A DNA stretch of 63,947 bases, filler included, from Welwitschia mirabilis (Eukaryota), in the NCBI GenBank assembly GCA_051453625.1. It is 4 parts of one record of this genome, joined end to end, with 100 filler letters (N's around TTAATTAATTAA, not from the genome) between each part and the next. Parts side by side here need not be neighbours in the genome. Positions count along the whole stretch, not along the records: positions 21,280 to 45,368 come from JBOZIK010000001.1; positions 45,469 to 59,192 come from JBOZIK010000001.1; 2 more parts are not named here. One strand, written 5' to 3'. Shown here one piece after another: positions 39,018 through 52,999 of this stretch. Numbering within the stretch: position 1 is the first letter of the stretch; every line of letters begins with the position of its first letter. The translations under genes were made by a program, and so were the position numbers. The notes under the pieces were generated by a model. That model saw only the letters and a program-made list of their open reading frames with translations. It searched no databases and was not told the DNA's origin.

Positions 39018-41960
39018 CTAATATAGAGGAAGTCATTTATAAAGGTTACATTATGCTTATGTTAACTCAAACTAATGTCAATGATAATAATATCCTAGTT
39101 CTCAAAGCCCAAGATCAATGAACCTCCATTGATAAGTCAAAAACCATTATAGATGCCCATACTCTTAATGCCATATTTTGTGCAGTTTTTATAGATGAGT
39201 TTAAATGCATAATAAACTATAATCATGCTAAAAAAGCTTAAGATATTCTTAAAGTAGCATATGAAAGAATCTTAACTGTAAAGCAAGAAAAACTTTAGAT
39301 TCTTATTTCAAAATTTGAAGATATCCATATGGATGAAGAAGAGACCTTGTAAGAATTCTTTGCTAGACTGATATCATAAACTCTATGATAAGACTTGGAG
39401 AATGCTTAGATGAAGAAAATATGGTAAGGAAAGTCTTGATCTCNNNNNNNNNNNNNNNNNNNNNNNNNNNNNNNNNNNNNNNNNNNNNNNNNNNNNNNNN
39501 NNNNNNNNNNNNNNNNNNNNNNNNNNNNNNNNNNNNNNNNNNNNNNNNNNNNNNNNNNNNNNNNNNNNNNNNNNNNNNNNNNNNNNNNNNNNNNNNNNNN
39601 NNNNNNNNNNNNNNNNNNNNNNNNNNNNNNNNNNNNNNNNNNNNNNNNNNNNNNNNNNNNNNNNNNNNNNNNNNNNNNNNNNNNNNNNNNNNNNNNNNNN
39701 NNNNNNNNNNNNNNNNNNNNNNNNNNNNNNNNNNNNNNNNNNNNNNNNNNNNNNNNNNNNNNNNNNNNNNNNNNNNNNNNNNNNNNNNNNNNNNNNNNNN
39801 NNNNNNNNNNNNNNNNNNNNNNNNNNNNNNNNNNNNNNNNNNNNNNNNNNNNNNNNNNNNNNNNNNNNNNNNNNNNNNNNNNNNNNNNNNNNNNNNNNNN
39901 NNNNNNNNNNNNNNNNNNNNNNNNNNNNNNNNNNNNNNNNNNNNNNNNNNNNNNNNNNNNNNNNNNNNNNNNNNNNNNNNNNNAGAGCAAAGACATAAAT
40001 GCAATGACATTGGAAGTACTATAAGGTAATTTGCAAACCTATGAATTTAAATTTTTTAAAGATAAGATAAAACGTATTACTTTAAAATATGTGTAGGAAG
40101 ACTATAGATCTGTATGCGTAGGAAGACTATATATCTGAAAGATCAAATGAGGACTTAGACAATGATGAAGTGGCTCTTCTAGCTAAAAAGTTTAGAAAGT
40201 TTCTACACAGGAAGAAAAAGGAGAATCAAGTAGAAATTAAAAAATGAGTCATCTAAAATACAAAAAGAAAAAAGAAAAAGATAAAGAAATCCAATGCTAC
40301 TCACAAAAAGGATTTGGTCATATGACAAATAAGTACTCTAACATAAGGAGAGATAATAGGAAAATAAAAAATCCCTCATTTATTACTACATAGGATAATG
40401 ATGATGATGATGAAAGCTATTCAAATCAAGAATAAGATAGAGATAGAAGGTTATTTTTTATGGCTATTATACCATTCCTCGAAGATGTTCCTAGAACATT
40501 AAAGCCTGATTATTTAGACATGATCAATGAAGAAAAGGATGAGTTGGAAGATACATGTCAAGAGCTATATGATAAATATAAAAAGTTAGCTAAGAGGATA
40601 AATGATATAAATAAAGTAGTGAAGAATCTCATCAAATAGAATGAGAAAATGAAAATAAAATATAATGTGCTAAAATCTAAGAACACCAATCTAACGTCTT
40701 AGGTAAAATATCTTTCCTTCTTTGTAAATAACTTTTCTANNNNNNNNNNNNNNNNNNNNNNNNNNNNNNNNNNNNNNNNNNNNNNNNNNNNNNNNNNNNN
40801 NNNNNNNNNNNNNNNNNNNNNNNNNNNNNNNNNNNNNNNNNNNNNNNNNNNNNNNNNNNNNNNNNNNNNNNNNNNNNNNNNNNNNNNNNNNNNNNNNNNN
40901 NNNNNNNNNNNNNNNNNNNNNNNNNNNNNNNNNNNNNNNNNNNNNNNNNNNNNNNNNNNNNNNNNNNNNNNNNNNNNNNNNNNNNNNNNNNNNNNNNNNN
41001 NNNNNNNNNNNNNNNNNNNNNNNNNNNNNNNNNNNNNNNNNNNNNNNNNNNNNNNNNNNNNNNNNNNNNNNNNNNNNNNNNNNNNNNNNNNNNNNNNNNN
41101 NNNNNNNNNNNNNNNNNNNNNNNNNNNNNNNNNNNNNNNNNNNNNNNNNNNNNNNNNNNNNNNNNNNNNNNNNNNNNNNNNNNNNNNNNNNNNNNNNNNN
41201 NNNNNNNNNNNNNNNNNNNNNNNNNNNNNNNNNNNNNNNNNNNNNNNNNNNNNNNNNNNNNNNNNNNNNNNNNNNNNNNNNNNNNNNNNNNNNNNNNNNN
41301 NNNNNNNNNNNNNNNNNNNNNNNNNNNNNNNNNNNNNNNNNNNNNNNNNNNNNNNNNNNNNNNNNNNNNNNNNNNNNNNNNNNNNNNNNNNNNNNNNNNN
41401 NNNNNNNNNNNNNNACAAAATTAGACAATTAATACTTTTCTCAGATTTTGTAAATTCTTTAGCATTTAAATTTATTCCTAAAAGATGTGTACCACCTAAG
41501 TTAAATAAGACTAAGTGGGTTAGAGCTAATAATCTCAAACATTTTCTAATATAGATAGCTTTAAGAGGATCTAGTAAAATAGTTTCTATTTAGACAGTGG
41601 ATGCTCAAGCCATATAACTAGAAAAAGATCAAACTTCTAACACATAATGAGTATTAATGGGGAAGAAATCATTTTTGGAAATAATAAAAAGGCAAAGATA
41701 GAAAGTATAGGATGCATTAAAGGAGGCAAGTTATCTAAACTTGATGATGTACTTTATTTAAATGTTTTAAAACATAATTTATTAAGAATTAGTCAATTGT
41801 GTGGAAAAGGTCATAAAGTAATTTTTGGAAAATCAAAATGTAAAGTTGTAGATACGAAAATAAATATTTCTACATTTACTAAAAAATGAGTAGATACTAT
41901 CTATAAAATAGATACTTATTTGATCGATCAGTTAAATCATATGAACTATGATAGGCAGAG
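39018..41960 (+). pseudogene. Decayed Sirevirus gag-protease
   Basis: MVRKVLI, DEVALLAKKFRKF, QCYSQKGFGHM (zinc knuckle, ~40292), YLDSGCSSH (~41587) and LKHNLLRISQLC. Interrupted by gaps. Confidence 0.88.
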
Positions 41961-42429
41961 TAGAAACATTAGCTTTGACAAATCTAAATGTTTTCTAGGA
42001 AGCTCTAATGTAACATCCTATTTCTGGAATTTACTTATTAATAAAAAAAATAAACTAGGATGTACTCACTGTCCCTTGGCTGATTGTAGGGCGATCTATC
42101 AGATCTATAATTTGGTCAATTGATGTGGTTGGTCGACTAGCCTAAAAGCCCAGTCACTTAGACCTCTTCTAATACTATAGACCTGCATATCGATGGATTA
42201 ACCAAAATCCTGAGTGGTCGATTAGACCTAATGGATCATAGTGTGAAAGTACCACCTTCATTTTGCATTATTTCACACAGTTTATAAAAGTCAAAGGCCC
42301 CTAAGGTAATTTTATTATGTTTTAGCCTTCTTTATCTCTTATATATAGAGCTTTTTCTTCTAGATCTAGAGCTTTGCTCTTAGATCTAGTGCTTTTTTTC
42401 TTGGATTTCTTGCTTTCAAGGTTTTTGAA

Positions 42430-42757
42430 ATGGTTGAAAGCTCATCTAGAAAGAGAGTGAAGAAATATCCTTCAAGGGATCTTACTATCTTCTACCACAG
42501 GATGTCAAAAGAAGACATTGAGAAGTTTTTTGAAAACTTTGAAAAGAAACTAGTATGTCAAGAATTGTTTGTAGTAACATTAGAGCTTAAAGAGCTTTGA
42601 GAAGTCATTGAACTCCTAAGAAATTATGATCTTGATTACTTTTTGGATTTTTTGGCTCTGCTTATCCATTTCTCACTTAGATGTTTTACTATAATGCTTC
42701 TTATGATTATGACTCTAGAATGCTTGAAACCCTTATTTTAGAGAAGTGACTGAGAGT
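42430..42757 (+). pseudogene. N-terminal part of a Sirevirus env-like ORF
   Basis: MVESSSRKRVKKYP...EDIEKFFENFEKK...AYPFLT*MFYYNA, similar to the ORF at 7985-8995. Ends at a gap. Confidence 0.75.
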
Positions 42758-42857
42758 NNNNNNNNNNNNNNNNNNNNNNNNNNNNNNNNNNNNNNNNNNN
42801 NNNNNNNNNNNNNNNNNNNNNNNNNNNNNNNNNNNNNNNNNNNNNNNNNNNNNNNNN

Positions 42858-44760
42858 TATCTTAATTATGACAACATCAATAGGATAAAAAGCTTTCTCA
42901 ATTTGGATAACTAGGTTTTTGATAGTTCCTAATGGTTTCTTAAGTGAGGTATTAGCTAATTCCAGGATGATTGGTGTAAGTTCAACTCTGTTTTCTATCC
43001 CAAATCTTTTACATATATGGATAGGCACAATGTTTACAATTACTCTTATGTCAATAAAAGCTTTTTGAATTCTTTTATTTCCTTCTAAGGTAACACTTAC
43101 AGTTACAACTCTAAGGTCTTTAAATTTAGGACATTTTTGCATAACTAAGTTGGAAAGAGATTGGGTAAGAAAAACTTTGCTAAGAATGATACATTTTTGC
43201 TTTCTTCTTATTAAATCCTTCCATAACTTAGAATATTTATGATTTTCTTAGAAGAGTTTCCAAAAGGGTAGGTTTATATTGACTTATTGCATTAAAGCTT
43301 TTAGGTATTCATCAAAGATAAGATTAAATCCATTAAAACAAGGAGTGGATGGTTCATTTCCTTTGTTTTCTTGTAAAGTATTTTCACTGGAGGCCTCAGT
43401 AGGTGATGTTAATGAAAGGTTGTATAAATCTAAAATTCTTACATCATCTTATTCATTTATTTTGTTATTTTTAGAAGTTAAAACCTCATGGGTAGGAGGT
43501 ATTGTATCCTTTCTACTTCTTGTCACTATTTTTAAGTCTCACCTAACTTCATTTGGGTTGGACACTGGTTGAGATGTAAGAGATATTTATGGTCTTTGAT
43601 TGGTAAGAATTATTTGTTAAATCAAATTTACTAAGTTTTCAATATTTCTATTAGTATTTTTAATGTTGTTATTATGTTTCTCTTGCACTTTTCGCATCTA
43701 TTTTATGGATTCTCTAAGTGGATCATTCTGATTTGTTGAAAATTAGGTTGAAAGTTAGAATTCTTGAATCTACTTTCAATTGGTTTCCATTAAGATTTCC
43801 CATGTAATCTCTGTTGAAATCATGGTTGAATTTTAAAATTAGGTGTCCTTTGGTTGAAGGCATAATTTTCTTCAAACATCTTTTCTTCTAAGTTGGTAAC
43901 AAGGGAGGATGAGAGTCATCTTCACAAATTTTACAATTTGAAGTTGATTTTTTATTTTTTACTACTTTTTCATCAACTATTATTGGTGTATACTTCTCTA
44001 AAGTATTAGTAAAATCTTCTATTAAATTGGTTAATTCCTCTCTTTTTTCTTCCTTGTCACATTTTACTTTCTTTAAGTATTTTAGAATTTCACCTATCAT
44101 GCAATTTTCTTTAGTGGATTTAGGCCAAGTTTGACTTATTTTTACTAAGTTTTTTAACACACTCCATGCATCATCTAGGCCTAAATTCAACAAGTTTCCT
44201 TCATAAGAAAAATATACAAGTTGCTTTGTTAAAGCATTTAATCTGCTATAGAAATAATCAACTAGTTTTTTCTTATGAAATTCATCAATAGGATTGTAAT
44301 GGCTAGCTATGATAAAATGTTCATAGGCTATTGCATAATCCTCATGAGGTTTTTATTGAAATTAATTACTTTTTTTCTTCTTTTCTTCATGGAATTTTCA
44401 CTCAAAAAATATTTGATAAATACTTCTTACACTTAACTTTAAGAGTTAAGACTTTTATATGGGATAGTTTTAAGCTAAAATTTTGCTTTTTCTCTAAGCA
44501 TGACTGGAAAAATAATCATATAGATACAGTCACTAATATGTTTCTTCCCATTGCCTAAGGTGAGCATATGTTTTTCAATGTTAGCCAAATATTGAAAGGG
44601 ATCTTCCTCTGATTCCTTTGAAAAAGTTGGATAAGCAGTTAAATTTCTTAATTCTACATCATCTCTAGGAGATAAATAAAAAGGATTTTGAATTTCACAT
44701 TTTTTTCTTAGTAATTAAATCCTCAAGAGTAATGTTTGTATTTGAGGAAGAAGTTCCAAT
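42858..44760 (-). pseudogene. Athila-type Ty3/gypsy gag and aspartic protease, decayed
   Basis: EEDPFQYL (gag, ~44600), INLPF, and the protease region KFKDLRVVTVSV...AFIDIRVIVNIVP...LELANTSLKKPLG...FYPIDVVI. Confidence 0.85.
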
Positions 44761-45469
44761 TACAATTAGAATATTAGATGAAGCCACTTGCTTTGGTTTT
44801 TGTAATGATTTCGATAGGTTTGACATATCCAAATAAGAAACAACATGATTTACTTCTACACTATAATTTTATTTTACAAAATATAATTCTAAGATAATAA
44901 AAGCAAAAACATCTTATTTTCCAATTCTAAAAGTTGCACATGAGGTGTGCATACTTATATTTAGCTCAAAGTCAAATAATCCTTATTTGATGTTTTCTNN
45001 NNNNNNNNNNNNNNNNNNNNNNNNNNNNNNNNNNNNNNNNNNNNNNNNNNNNNNNNNNNNNNNNNNNNNNNNNNNNNNNNNNNNNNNNNNNNNNNNNNTG
45101 ACTTACTTTTGTTTTTGCAATGATTTCAATACATTCGACATATTTGAAAAGGAAACAACATGATCTATTTCTATACTACAATTTTCTTTTGCAAAATCTA
45201 ATTCTGAAATAATAAAAGAAGAAAGATCTTCTTCTTTAATTCTAGGAATTTGCATACCTAGGGTGTGTGTACCTGGATTTAGATCGAAGTCAAATAATCC
45301 TTCTCTGATATTTTCTTTGATTAGGTTTTATTCTCTCTGACATTTTATCTTTCTACTAGAATTCATCANNNNNNNNNNNNNNNNNNNNNNNNNNNNNNNN
45401 NNNNNNNNNNNNTTAATTAATTAANNNNNNNNNNNNNNNNNNNNNNNNNNNNNNNNNNNNNNNNNNNNT

Positions 45470-47330
45470 TATTCACATCTATTACTTAAGCCTTTAAACA
45501 TGAAAAAATATAATACAAAGAATCAATGAAAACCATTAAGTTAATTCCTTCATTTGAGTTATTCTTTTGACTACATACATATCAAATAGAAGTGTGCATA
45601 AATATAAAATCAAATGCATCTTGATGATAATTTACCTAATTTCTTTAATATAATAATAAGTTGCCATTTAAATTTACTTAGTTTATTTCTATTCCTATCA
45701 AATTTGACCATNNNNNNNNNNNNNNNNNNNNNNNNNNNNNNNNNNNNNNNNNNNNNNNNNNNNNNNNNNNNNNNNNNNNNNNNNNNNNNNNNNNNNNNNN
45801 NNNNNNNNNAATGATTATTGATGGTGAAATATAGCTATGCTTGTATCTATTGTTAATGTATAGTAAATAGCATGATCACTGTAGGGATACACATATTGCA
45901 TGGCCAAACATAAATTTTACTAATATAACTAGGACTTTCATTTGTAGTATGATCTTAGTGTTGTTTTTTTTACTAAAATGAATAATGTGAGGTATTAAAA
46001 AAGCAAGCATAATCATAATGAGTATAAGAGACTAATTGTATAATATAAGTAGGAATGGAATACCTAATTTAAACTAATATAATAAATTCATAGAAAATCA
46101 TAAGTATTAAAGTAAATTCATGTATCCTTTACTCCTAGCAGCATAGTTTCATCCACTGTAAACATGAATCTCATGTAGTTCTAGCTTAAAGAAAGTGGCG
46201 TAATCTCATCCACCATAGACATGAGGGTGATGTTTTCAAGCCACCTAGACTTCATAACAAAAATAAAATAAGCATTAAAGTAAAGGGTCTTCTAAGATCC
46301 ATCAAATAGACATTCATGTTATGCAAGCTAGAATGAAAAGAATAATCATTAAAAGATCTTAAAGTAAAATCATGTCTCAACTAATTCTAAGCATAAAATC
46401 TATTAAATAATCACGATGTTATATCAAATCAATGCATCAAGAACATGTAACACTTTATTATAAAAAATATAAAACCATATAATCCATGAAAGTACTCATG
46501 TTAAACTAAGAAGAATCATGCTAGCTTGGTAGTTAGCCCATCCCTATGGAAGGCTTAGAAAGAATACATACCTAATGCTTTAATATCTATTATACAATAT
46601 GCCTAATGATAACATCAAGTGAAGTGAAGTAGGATATTTATAAACCTTAATTAGGGTTTTAAATTAGAGCTTATAAGACTTAATAAGATCATGATTTATA
46701 ATGCTAAAAGTGTATGGGGTCATCCTTTATTCATGAGGTCAATTTAAGGGATTCTTCTTTGAAAATATTCTTCATTTATCTTCTACATTTGGAAATGGCC
46801 AGAATGAATTACTTGCATCAAGAAAGCTTAAAAACATGAGTATGGACCCCTTTTTCTCATAGTAATCAGTGATATCATTGATAATAATACTCAACACTTC
46901 ATCTTCGTCTATTCTAATGTCTAAATGATGAAAATATTTTTCAAAATAGTACTATTAAGGCATATTATTTACAGAACTAGATTTTCATAACCTTATGCAT
47001 AATAAATACATAAAATCATTTAGATGATCAATTAAGCATGCTAACAAAAAGCCTAAATTCCTTGTCGTAAATATCATATTTTGTAAGTTATTATACCTAT
47101 AACCAATGTTTTGATAGTCCCCTAGGAAATAAAAGTATGTTAAAAAATTAGTTAACATGAGAAAAATTACAAATTGAAGCAATCAAGTGTAAAAAAATGA
47201 AGGGATTTTGAAAAGAAATTTCAACTAACGTAAGCTAAAATTACACTTAAGCAAAAGTACAAAGCATGAAAAGTAGGTACTTAAGTGAAAATATCACTTA
47301 CCCCAACAAAAGCTAAATTTTATTCTCAAA
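45470..47330 (-). mobile_element. Possible gypsy LTR with PPT-like junction
   Basis: The minus strand reads TGGGGTAAG-TGATATT at ~47290-47305, resembling a PPT/LTR start. There is no partner copy, and the left boundary is unknown. Confidence 0.35.
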
Positions 47331-48249
47331 GTTTAAAAGCTATAAAAAATTGAATGTAAACATAATGAGGAATGAATAATGCATGTGTTAATGAAGTTTA
47401 GAATAGTCTAGAAAGGAAATTTTTGAAAAATAAAATATGCAATGCATGTCTAAACTAAAAAATATAAAATGCAAAGTAATACAAAAGAAAGAATAAAAAT
47501 TAAATTAACTCTCTGATTATAATGTCTTAATCTCTCAATATGACTTGTATGCTATAAAAATGATTAGAAAATAACTAAAAAGGATGAAGAATAAGGAATG
47601 AAGTACGATGTTTTAAGAATGATGAAATGGATGATGAATTTATATTAGTCAGTTTTTATGAATTTTTAACAAATATCTAAGTACTGAAANNNNNNNNNNN
47701 NNNNNNNNNNNNNNNNNNNNNNNNNNNNNNNNNNNNNNNNNNNNNNNNNNNNNNNNNNNNNNNNNNNNNNNNNNNNNNNNNNNNNNNNNNNNNNNNNNNN
47801 NNNNNNNNNNNNNNNNNNNNNNNNNNNNNNNNNNNNNNNNNNNNNNNNNNNNNNNNNNNNNNNNNNNNNAATTAAGAATTCATATTGATTTTTGATTAAG
47901 TACAAAAGTCATTATAATAAGATAAAGTGAAATTATAATGTAGCTATAAAAAATAAAAATGTGTAGGTGAAAAAGGGTAAAAGAGAAAGATAGAGCGAGA
48001 AATATTACTCATGAATCTTCTATGAGAATACAAACTTTTCAAATTTTGATTAATCTCTTAGTGTTTTATTGATATATCCTTTTGCTTTTTGGTAATCGGN
48101 NNNNNNNNNNNNNNNNNNNNNNNNNNNNNNNNNNNNNNNNNNNNNNNNNNNAGACGGGGGGAAAGCAGGGGGATGTGAAGATTCATCAATAGGCTCTTTT
48201 CCCTTTCTTCTGGTAGTGGGTGACTAGTAGGGAGAGGAAGGAGCTTGGA

Positions 48250-51200
48250 AGAAGTAAAAGTTCTTTGAGCATTTTTTTCTTCTTATTCAATCCTCTCAAG
48301 ATCACTTGGAATCCAATATTCATTTTTAAGCTTGCTAAGTTGGATAATATTTTTAGGGATTATGGTCTCTATAAAGGTCCTATTCCATCCCTTAAAGTCT
48401 AAAGTATGAGATAAGTCATTATAAATCTAGTTTAAAAGTAAGAAATGAAGTGGAAGATTACTCCTATGATCCATATTATTTGCTAGAGTGAAAAAAAGGA
48501 ATTTGACCATATCAAAGGGCTTATTATCTTGGATGATCCTAATCATATCAAGATGATTATAGTAGGCATCAGTTACATGTGATATAGGAAAAACCTTTCA
48601 AATGATAGATATAAAAATGCTAGTTAATTCTTATAAAGGTATTTTTAAGGTAAGATCCCTTTCCTATTTAATGCATATTCAACATTAAGTATATCACAAT
48701 AATAACTAAGGAATTTGTTGCATTTTGATATAACTACAAAACTACTTTGAAAGATAGAAAGTGTTATTTTCCTTTAATAAATAGTTTTAATAACTTACCT
48801 CAATTTTATCAAGGTGAAAAGGTGTAAACAAATCAAGAAAATACATGAAAATTTCCTCTTCCAAAATTCTCTTCCTATTTAACTCATGATGGCTTGAAGT
48901 GATATAATTTTAAAAAAAATGAAGTAAAAATAAAAGAGAGATAAAGGAGGGAGTTAAAAAGAAAAAAATTAATTGAAAAATAAAAACAAGGATTTTCAAT
49001 TTAATAATANNNNNNNNNNNNNNNNNNNNNNNNNNNNNNNNNNNNNNNNNNNNNNNNNNNNNNNNNNNNNNNNNNNNNNNNNNNNNNNNNNNNNNNNNNN
49101 NNNNNNNNNNNNNNNNNNNNNNNNNNNNNNNNNNNNNNNNNNNNNNNNNNNNNNNNNNNNNNNNNNNNNNNNNNNNNNNNNNNNNNNNNNNNNNNNNNNN
49201 NNNNNNNNNNNNNNNNNNNNNNNNNNNNNNNNNNNNNNNNNNNNNNNNNNNNNNNNNNNNNNNNNNNNNNNNNNNNNNNNNNNNNNNNNNNNNNNNNNNN
49301 NNNNNNNNNNNNNNNNNNNNATCAAAATTTGCCTTGTATTTATACATGAAAAGAAGAGTCAAATTATAGAAAACAAACTTGTGCTTTATCATGTACTTTT
49401 TCATAGAAGGAAAAACAAATGAATATGGCTTGATATGGATGATGAAAGTTAATGTTATAATAATGGTGTGAAATAGATGAATGAAATAATAAAACCTACT
49501 ATGCATCTTATGAATAAATGAAACATGATGAAGGCAAGCTAATGGTCTTATTTATTTACAAAATTTTGGGTGGACCTTTTATTACATAAAAGAAAAGTGT
49601 TAATTAGTAAATCCTTGAAATCCCTAAATAGTCAAAGAATCTTAAGTTTAATTTGTTAAAATAAGTAAATAAAAGATACTTCTAATTCCATCTCAANNNN
49701 NNNNNNTTTCATTCCATTATCCTTCCTATATTATGGGCATCCAAGTTTTAAGCATTCAATCATATTAAGCATTTAATATTATGATACTTTCTACTAATAG
49801 GTTTAACATGTTATACTAGAATGATTCAACATGATGTTGCTAATAAGCATCCATAGTCCTAATGTAGAAGAATGTATCACAAATAAATAATTAGAGTTGT
49901 GTTAGTAGGAGGTATCCATAGCCTCGATGTAGTTAACCTAACCCAATAGAAATGATCATAAANNNNNNNNNNNNNNNNNNNNNNNNNNNNNNNNNNNNNN
50001 NNNNNNNNNNNNNNNNNNNNNNNNNNNNNNNNNNNNNNNNNNNNNNNNNNNNNNNNNNNNNNTTATTTATTCTTGTTTCTTTGACATATTCTTTTGTTTC
50101 TTTATAATCTTTCTCATTTCCCTTCATACTTTCTAATCCAAGTCCTTTGAGATTTAGGGACTTTATCAAAAAATGTATCACATAAAATCATGGTGAAATA
50201 TTTATGAGTCATGAAAGGAGGAGCAAAATAAAAAGAAAAAGAAGAAGCATGAGAGATTTCACAAATAAGAGCACTTTCCTTTCTTCTTATAGTGGGTGAA
50301 GAGTAGNNNNNNNNNNNNNNCTTTAAGGCTATTCTTCTCCTTCCTTTTGAATCTCTTGAAGACTTCTTGGTATCTAATCTCACTTATTACACATGCTAAG
50401 TTGGATAATAGTTTTAAGATTAATGGTCTCTATGAAGTTCATATCCCATCCTTCAAGGTATAGGATATGAGCTAAAGCATTGTAGATTAGGTTTGAAATT
50501 AAACAAGAAAAAGAAATATTATTCTTTCAGCCTATATTATTTACTATAGTAGTGTAGAGGCATTTGGAAATGTTAAAAGGTTTACTATCTTAGATAATTA
50601 TCATCATATCAATGTGATTAATATAGGAATTGATTACATGAAATATGAGAAAAAACTTTTGAATGATAGATTTAAAAAGTACAATTTGATTCCAATATAA
50701 GTATTAAAAAGGGAGTACTCCTTCTATTTTTTGTAAATATTCAATATTAAGTGCAACACAACAATAACTAAAAGATTTCATAAGCATATAAAATAAGCTA
50801 TAATGGTGTTTAACTCTCAATAATGCTCTTACCTCATTAAAAGAAATTACAAAGAAAGTGTATCAAAAAGATAAATGAATTACCTAGGGGTCATCTTCAT
50901 TAATTATTACATTTTGATAGAACTCAAAAATAACATTTTAAAAATAGTAGGTATCATCTTTCTTTAACAAATAGTTCCAATTCCTTATTCAAATTTTATC
51001 AAGGTAAAAGGGGATAAATAAACTGAGGGATGATGTGAAGATGTCTTCTTGCAAAATGAATTGTATTATTTCACTTATGATAGTTTAGAATGATAGTATG
51101 GAAGAAATAAAAAGAAATGGAAATGAAGGGGAAAAATGGTAAAAGTTAATAAACTAAAAAATTGATTGAAATAAAAACACATGAATTTCAGATGTGAAAA

Positions 51201-52750
51201 TAAATTTATCAATTAACTATAAATCAAGAGGAAGCTAAAATAGAACTAAAAGAAGAAGTTGCACATGTAGCGAGGAGAATAGATGATAACATCATTAAGG
51301 GTAATGATGGTATTAACCAAATGTATAGGCACATGTCAAGTGAATGCGAGAAGGGTTAACTTATCATGAAGGTTATGAAAGATATGAGTTCTTAGTATAG
51401 ACAATTAAAAAACCATAGGTTCTTATAGAAAGTAAATGAAATAATAAATGCTGGATGACTAGATATTATCAATGGTTTAGATTAATTTTCTTTAGATTTA
51501 GACATATATAAATAAGTTAAATTATAAAAAACACAATGTGCTTCATGATGTGCTTATTCGTAGAAGGAAAAAAGAAGGATTATGGCTTGATATGGATGAT
51601 GAAATTAAATGGAAATATGATGAAATAGATAAATTAAATAATAAATCCTACTATGTATCTTGTGAATAAATGACTTAAAATAAATTCAAGCTAATGATTT
51701 TATTTACCTACATAATTTTGGATGGGACTTTTATTAAGACAAAGAAAAGAATAAATAATTAAATCCTTGCAAATTTATAACTAGTCAAGAAATCTCAAAT
51801 TCAATTATTGAAATAAGTAAACAAAATATTTCTCCAATCCCACCTTAATTTTATTCCTTTACCTTCCTTTTCCATGGGAATTGAAGTTTTAAACATTCAA
51901 TCACATCAATCATTTAATGTTGTAAAACTTTCTTATAATAGGTTTAACATGTTATACAAAAAGGATTCTATGCTACATTGCGAGTAATCTTCCTATCATC
52001 ACGATGTAGATGAATGTATTACAAATAAATCATTAGAGTTATATTACCAATAGCAATTCATAGTGCATGAAAAAAAATCATTGATTCATTAGCCTAATGA
52101 AAAATTTATCTCATCCCCATGAATGCTTTAAAATAAGGTAATACTATGAAAAATGAAAATACAACTTTTTTTTTTCTAATTCCAAGTTGAATATCTCTAA
52201 ATTCATGTAAATTCAAATAAAGAATTCAAAAATTCAAAGGAATAGCTAATAAAAGGTAAATACATGAAATGCTTTAAGTAGTCTTTAAAAAGTTAAAGAT
52301 CTTTTTATTCATGTATTAAACGAAAGACCATTAACCAGGATCAATGAGTCTCATAAAATTATAAGATGATATAATAACTAGACTAAATGTAAGTAATGAA
52401 GGATTATATGAAGTGGATTTGAATGAGGAAAAATGGCCAAATTACAGATGATATGATGAATATGATTATTGTTTTCTCTGAAAATATCATCCTTAAATAT
52501 ATGAGGGTTTTCATAGTTTGATTCAAGCATTCTAAGGCTACAGTAGATGAATTTAATTTAGTCTCATTTAATAAAACTAATTTATGCTTATAAGAATATT
52601 ATACACTCATTGGTAAGAAGAAAAGATATGAATAATTATGATTTTTATAATAAAAATGTTAAGATAATTGATTAAGTAACAAATTAGATCTAGAAACATT
52701 ATCATGACAAAAATCAATACATGCATTGGAAAACGTAAAAAGGGTTTGGG
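48250..52750 (+). repeat. Two diverged tandem copies (~2.1 kb period) of a degenerate repeat, possibly gypsy protease-derived; related sequence at ~29900-31400
   Basis: 48280-49930 aligns by eye with 50340-52070. TCTCCAATCCCACCTTAATTT is shared at ~30198 and ~51831. Only weak protease-region resemblance (AYYLG*). Confidence 0.55.
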
Positions 52751-52999
52751 AAGAATACTCATTTTGGTTTAAACATTCTAGATCATAAGAGGATCTACCT
52801 ATTTCTTTCTTTATTTATCTAACAATTCTTGTAAGACATTTTTCTTTAANNNNNNNNNNCATACATAAATTAGAAATCCAAGAATGAGAAGGATCATTAT
52901 CAAAGATACATCTTAAATCCTTAAGAGGTAAGTCCATATCAAAATAAGAATCATTTTTAAGGTTAACATGTGAATTAAAATCTGAATAAAATATTAAAA

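Larger units (their letters stand above)
37294..42757 (+). mobile_element. Second Sirevirus: PPT, LTR, gag-protease, env-like ORF, with no integrase/RT/RNase H
   Basis: AAGAGGGGAGA then TGTTGG at 37306. GGGGTCGACTAG palindromic repeats and TATAAATAG at ~38145. Gag and protease motifs follow, then the env-like ORF at 42430. Confidence 0.8.
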
